From contig OX597817.1 in assembly GCA_951406725.2 (NCBI GenBank), positions 155,372,001-155,436,000 of the forward strand: a DNA stretch of 64,000 bases, read 5' to 3'. Shown piece after piece: positions 59,946 through 64,000 of the stretch. The stretch's first letter is position 1; every line of letters starts with the position of its first letter. The notes under the pieces were generated by a model that was not told the DNA's origin, searched no databases, and worked only from the letters and a program-made list of their open reading frames with translations. Both the position numbers and the translations under genes were made by a program. The stretch comes from Octopus vulgaris. Taxonomy: Eukaryota.

Positions 59946-59997
59946 CTGTAACATGGTGACCTGGCATTGGAATACTCAGTGTCAAACCAACTGCATT
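59946..59997 (-). CDS. ATG7: ATG7 exon (NAVGLTLSIPMPGHHVT)
   Basis: 52 nt, phase 0/1; IPMPGH motif. Confidence 0.92.
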
Positions 59998-61253
59998 CTG
60001 AAGAAAATGCAAAGAGAATCTTCATAATCAACATATATTTGCAATAAACAGATGATACAGATTGTACATTGCCATAAGTTTAAAGGGATGGCACGTAAAA
60101 AGCACCATTCGTTCGTGGCCCTTGCCAGCGCCGCCCCAATAGGCCTCGTGCCGGTGGCACGTAAAAAGCACCATCCGTTCATGGCCGTTGCAGCCTCGCC
60201 TGGCCCCCGTGCCGGTGGCACATAAAAAGCACCATCCGATCGTGGCCGTTTGCCAGACTCGTCTGGCACGTAAAAAGCACCCACTACACTCATGGAGTGG
60301 TTGGCGTTAGGAAGGGCATCCAGCCGTAGAAACATTGCCAGATCAGACTGGGCCTAGTGCAGCCTTCTGGCTTCCCAGACCCCAGTTGAACCGTCCAACC
60401 CATGCTAGCATGGAAAGCGGACGCTAAACGATGATGATGATGATGATGATTATCATTTTGTCTGTTTGCCATTCTTGCATGAGTTGAACAGTTTGATAGG
60501 AGCTGATAAAGCCAGGAGCCACACCAAGTTCCATTGTCTGCTTTGGCATGGTTTTTCTTACAGCTGAATGCTCTTCCTAATTCCAACCACCTTACAGAGA
60601 AGACCAAGTGCTTTTTTTACGTGGTACCAGCACCAGTGAGGTCCGTTTTTACATGGTTTTTATGGCTGGATGCTCTTCTTAATGCCAAACAATTTACAGT
60701 ATAAGTCCTAATAGAATTCAATGGCCTCTTATTAAATGTCTGAAAGAATGAACAGATATATTTCCAGACGTTTACTGACAAATGAAAATCATTGCCCAAC
60801 CAGATGTTGTAAGAATAACCAAGTTTGTATAGGCAGGAACAGGGCACCACTGCCAAACAGCTGGAGATGGTGGCATCCACTATAAGGAGTGTAGAGCACT
60901 AGGATACCAAGGACAAATAATTTCAGAGGTTAGAGGTCCCTTTGAAGAAGACAAAAGAGAAACTAAAAGTACAAATTCGTTGATGACTATGTTGAGTCAG
61001 GTTTTTAAAAAATCCCTTAGCAATTATGTCCAGATTGGTTAAATGATGTCTACATTTTAATTAATAAAAACCTCTTAAACCTTTCAAATCAAAGTCCACT
61101 GATGTTATTACACTTCTGAAGACAAATCCATTTTTACAAGAAATAAAAAAAGAGTATGGATACATTTTTAACAGACAAAGAAATATATATGTATTCTTCC
61201 TAACATGAAAGTGGTGGAAATATAGATCATCTCAATTGTCTTATAAGGATTTA

Positions 61254-61539
61254 TGTTGTTTGTTCCTTCTCAAGCCATGCCTGGCTCATAAGGGCCGGTT
61301 TCCCGGTTTCCTTGGACGGGACACCAGTCCGTCGCAGGTGAGCTGCAAGATGCAGGAGGAAAGAGTGAGAGAAAGTTGTGGCAAAAGAGTCAGCAGAAGT
61401 TCACCGTTACCTTCTGCCGGAGCCGTGTGGAGATTAGGTGTTTCGCTCATAAACACACACATCGCCCGGTCTGAGATTCGAACCCACGATCCCTCAACCG
61501 CGAGTCCACTGCTCTAAATACTAGGCCATGTGCCTCCAC
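61254..61539 (-). mobile_element. tRNA-derived SINE with target-site duplication
   Basis: Head TGGCCTAGT...GGGTTCGAATC; TATAAGGATTTA on both sides. Confidence 0.75.
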
Positions 61540-62224
61540 TATAAGGATTTATAGAGACTCTAGATTCTGTAGTAGTTGTTGTTTAGCTCTAGGTTAACCC
61601 TGAATGAGCAGGCTTATGATCAGAGGTATCCCAGTAACAGCTACCTTGTTTTTTTTTTTAGCAGTATTGAGAACTACATCATCCCACAGGTCCCTTCTAC
61701 ATATAAGACAGCAGTGTGTGATTTGAGGGAGATTTGGCTGCTACATCTGACAGGTCCAACAATTACCTAAAGGCCCCTTTTTAAGCTTGTGGATTCTATG
61801 GTGTTTTGTAAATAAGAGACTAATCTTTCCTGAGACAGGACACTAGTCTACTACAGATACACTTCCCCAAAATGTTTGCATACTATGTGACAGCTAGCTG
61901 ACCTGATGTAATGAAGAATTCACCACAAACTATGAAGTAAATACTAGCAAAAGTAAATACTAGCAACAATTCTATGTTGGTGTTCTGATATTTTATCCAT
62001 CTAAGTATCTCACAAGTAATAATAAAAAATTTTGGTTAGATTTTAGATGCACTGCACTCCTATTCTATAAAGTCACATAACCTGTATTCTGTTTAATAAT
62101 TGTTTATATAAAATTTGAACTTCCTAGCTTCAACAGTTTCTGAAATATCACTGGTGCCAAATTTGCTTGTGATTAGATATAATAAATTGAGAAGGAATGA
62201 TGGTTGTGATGTTTATTTACTTAC

Positions 62225-62383
62225 CAAACCTGGAATTATTTTCTTGAGTGATTCTGCTGCAGTTTCAGCTTTTGGTTTTTTGCCATTCAGGCTATCTTCA
62301 AAGACAAATAATGACTGCCGTACAGGGTTGGAATATGAAATCTTCCCATTGTCCACCAATGTCAAATTCCTAATACCCCATCC
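62225..62383 (-). CDS. ATG7: ATG7 exon ([26 protein letters not shown]...IIPGL)
   Basis: 159 nt, phase 0/0; SYSNPVRQ motif. Confidence 0.96.
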
Positions 62384-63036
62384 CTACAATAAAACAGAAA
62401 TTATATCAGGACATGCCACAACATTGTAGCCTTGTAGTTAATATATTAGAGCATGCTATTGTTAGGGTCTTATATTAAGACCATACTATCTCACCACTCT
62501 CAGATGGTACACCAGACAGCAGTATATTAGAATATATTAGAATATGCTATTGTGTTGCAATCTTGTGGTCAATACATTAGGACCATATATAAAGCAGCAA
62601 GCTGGCAGGGTTGTTAGCACACCAGGCAAAGTGTTTAGCAGAATTTCGTCTGTCTTTACATTCTGAGGTCAAATTCCACTGAGGTCAACTTTGCTTTTAA
62701 TCCCTGTTGGGAGTTAATGAAATAAGTGCCAGTTGAGTACTGGAGTCAATGCAATTGACTAACTCACTTCCCTGAAGACTTGGTTCCTCAGGTAAATTCT
62801 GTTCAGGTGTAACAAACGAACTCAGAATAACAGATATAGCAAGATTAAAAATCAAAAAGACACAACAATTAGAATGAGGGAAACATCAAAGAGCAAAGAT
62901 TAAAAACTTGCAATAAAAGAAAAAGAGCTAAAAATGAATGACTAAACTTGTAAAAAAAATCTACGGAAAATGTAAAAGACTAAAGAGGCAAAGATTAAAA
63001 CTTACAGCAAAAGATATGTTAAGATTAATGACTTAC

Positions 63037-63181
63037 AATAAGACATCTGGCAACATTACAACCAAGAGTTCCAGCTCCAAGTAAAAGACATTTGGTCTGA
63101 GAAATTAACTCTAAATCCAAGTCTGGGATTAGGCGCCAGCGCATCAACTTTAAATTTAGGCCAACAGCAGATTCCGCTAAT
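63037..63181 (-). CDS. ATG7: ATG7 exon ([17 protein letters not shown]...[18 protein letters not shown]); gene continues beyond the window
   Basis: 145 nt; LNLKLMRWR and GAGTLG nucleotide-binding motif. Confidence 0.96.
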
Positions 63182-63335
63182 CTGAAAGATAGAAGATGTG
63201 GATTATCACATGTAGATTATGTGGAAATTTAGTAAAATGGAGAAATATAAGACTGAATATATCAAAATCTCTTTAGAATTATTGATCTCTTCAATTCATG
63301 ATAGCATTTAAAAACCTTTAACAATAATGATGATG

Positions 63336-64000
63336 ATACCTATTTCTTTACTACCCACAAGGGGCTAAACACAGAGGGGACAAACAAGAACAGACAAATG
63401 GATTAAGTTGATTATATCGACCCCAGTGCGTAACTGGTACTTATTTAATCGACCCCAAAAGGATGAAAGGCAAAGTCGACCTCGGCGGAATTTGAACTCA
63501 GAACGTAACTGCAGTCGAAATACCTATTTCTTTACTACTCACAAGGGGCTAAACACAGAGGGGACAAACAAATGGATTAAGTTGATTATATCGACCCCAG
63601 TGCGTAACTGGTACTTATTTAATTGACCCCGAAAGGATGAAAGGCAAAGTCAACCTCGGCGGAATTTGAACTCAGAACGTAACTGCAGTCGAAATACCTA
63701 TTTCTTTACTACTCACAAGGGGCTAAACACAGAGGGGACAAACAAGAACAGACAAATGGATTAAGTTGATTATATCGACCCCAGTGCGTAACTGGTACTT
63801 ATTTAATTGACCCCGAAAGGATGAAAGGCAAAGTCGACCTCGGCGGAATTTGAACTCAGAACGTAGCGGCAGATGAAATACCGTTAAGCATTTCGCCCGG
63901 CATGCTAACGATTCTGCCAGCTCGCCGCCCTAATGATGATGATACCTATTTCTTTACTACCCACAAGGGGCTAAACACAGAGGGGACAAACAAGAACAGA
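63336..64000 (-). repeat. Tandemly amplified SINE body, ~175-185-bp unit x3 plus head, with a further partial copy
   Basis: ATACCTATTTCTTTACTAC..AAGGGGCTAAACACAG recurs at ~63336, 63520, 63694 and 63942. Confidence 0.85.

Overview
AT-rich, repeat-dominated eukaryotic scaffold with many 100-N gaps. The SINE families and huge (TA)n/(CA)n arrays suggest an octopus or other cephalopod (inference). The only recognisable host gene is the 3' half of ATG7 on the minus strand: nine phase-consistent GT-AG exons from 63181 down to 51133, with the terminal exon not found. The rest is a transposon mosaic: R4/Dong, RTE, CR1/L2-group and Tx1/L1-like LINE pieces, two Penelope-like elements (PLEs; one nearly intact with direct terminal repeats), mariner/Tc1 and TTAA-flanked MITEs, tRNA-derived SINEs and satellites. 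The most notable unannotated signal is a set of hammerhead ribozyme (HHR) motifs from at least four unrelated repeat families, plus decayed copies. These include a 557-558-bp non-coding tandem/palindromic array with one HHR per unit (46.7-49.0 kb), a retrozyme-like candidate just downstream of the last visible ATG7 exon. Several large nested inverted repeats are also present. All RNA structures were folded by eye; nothing was computed or searched.
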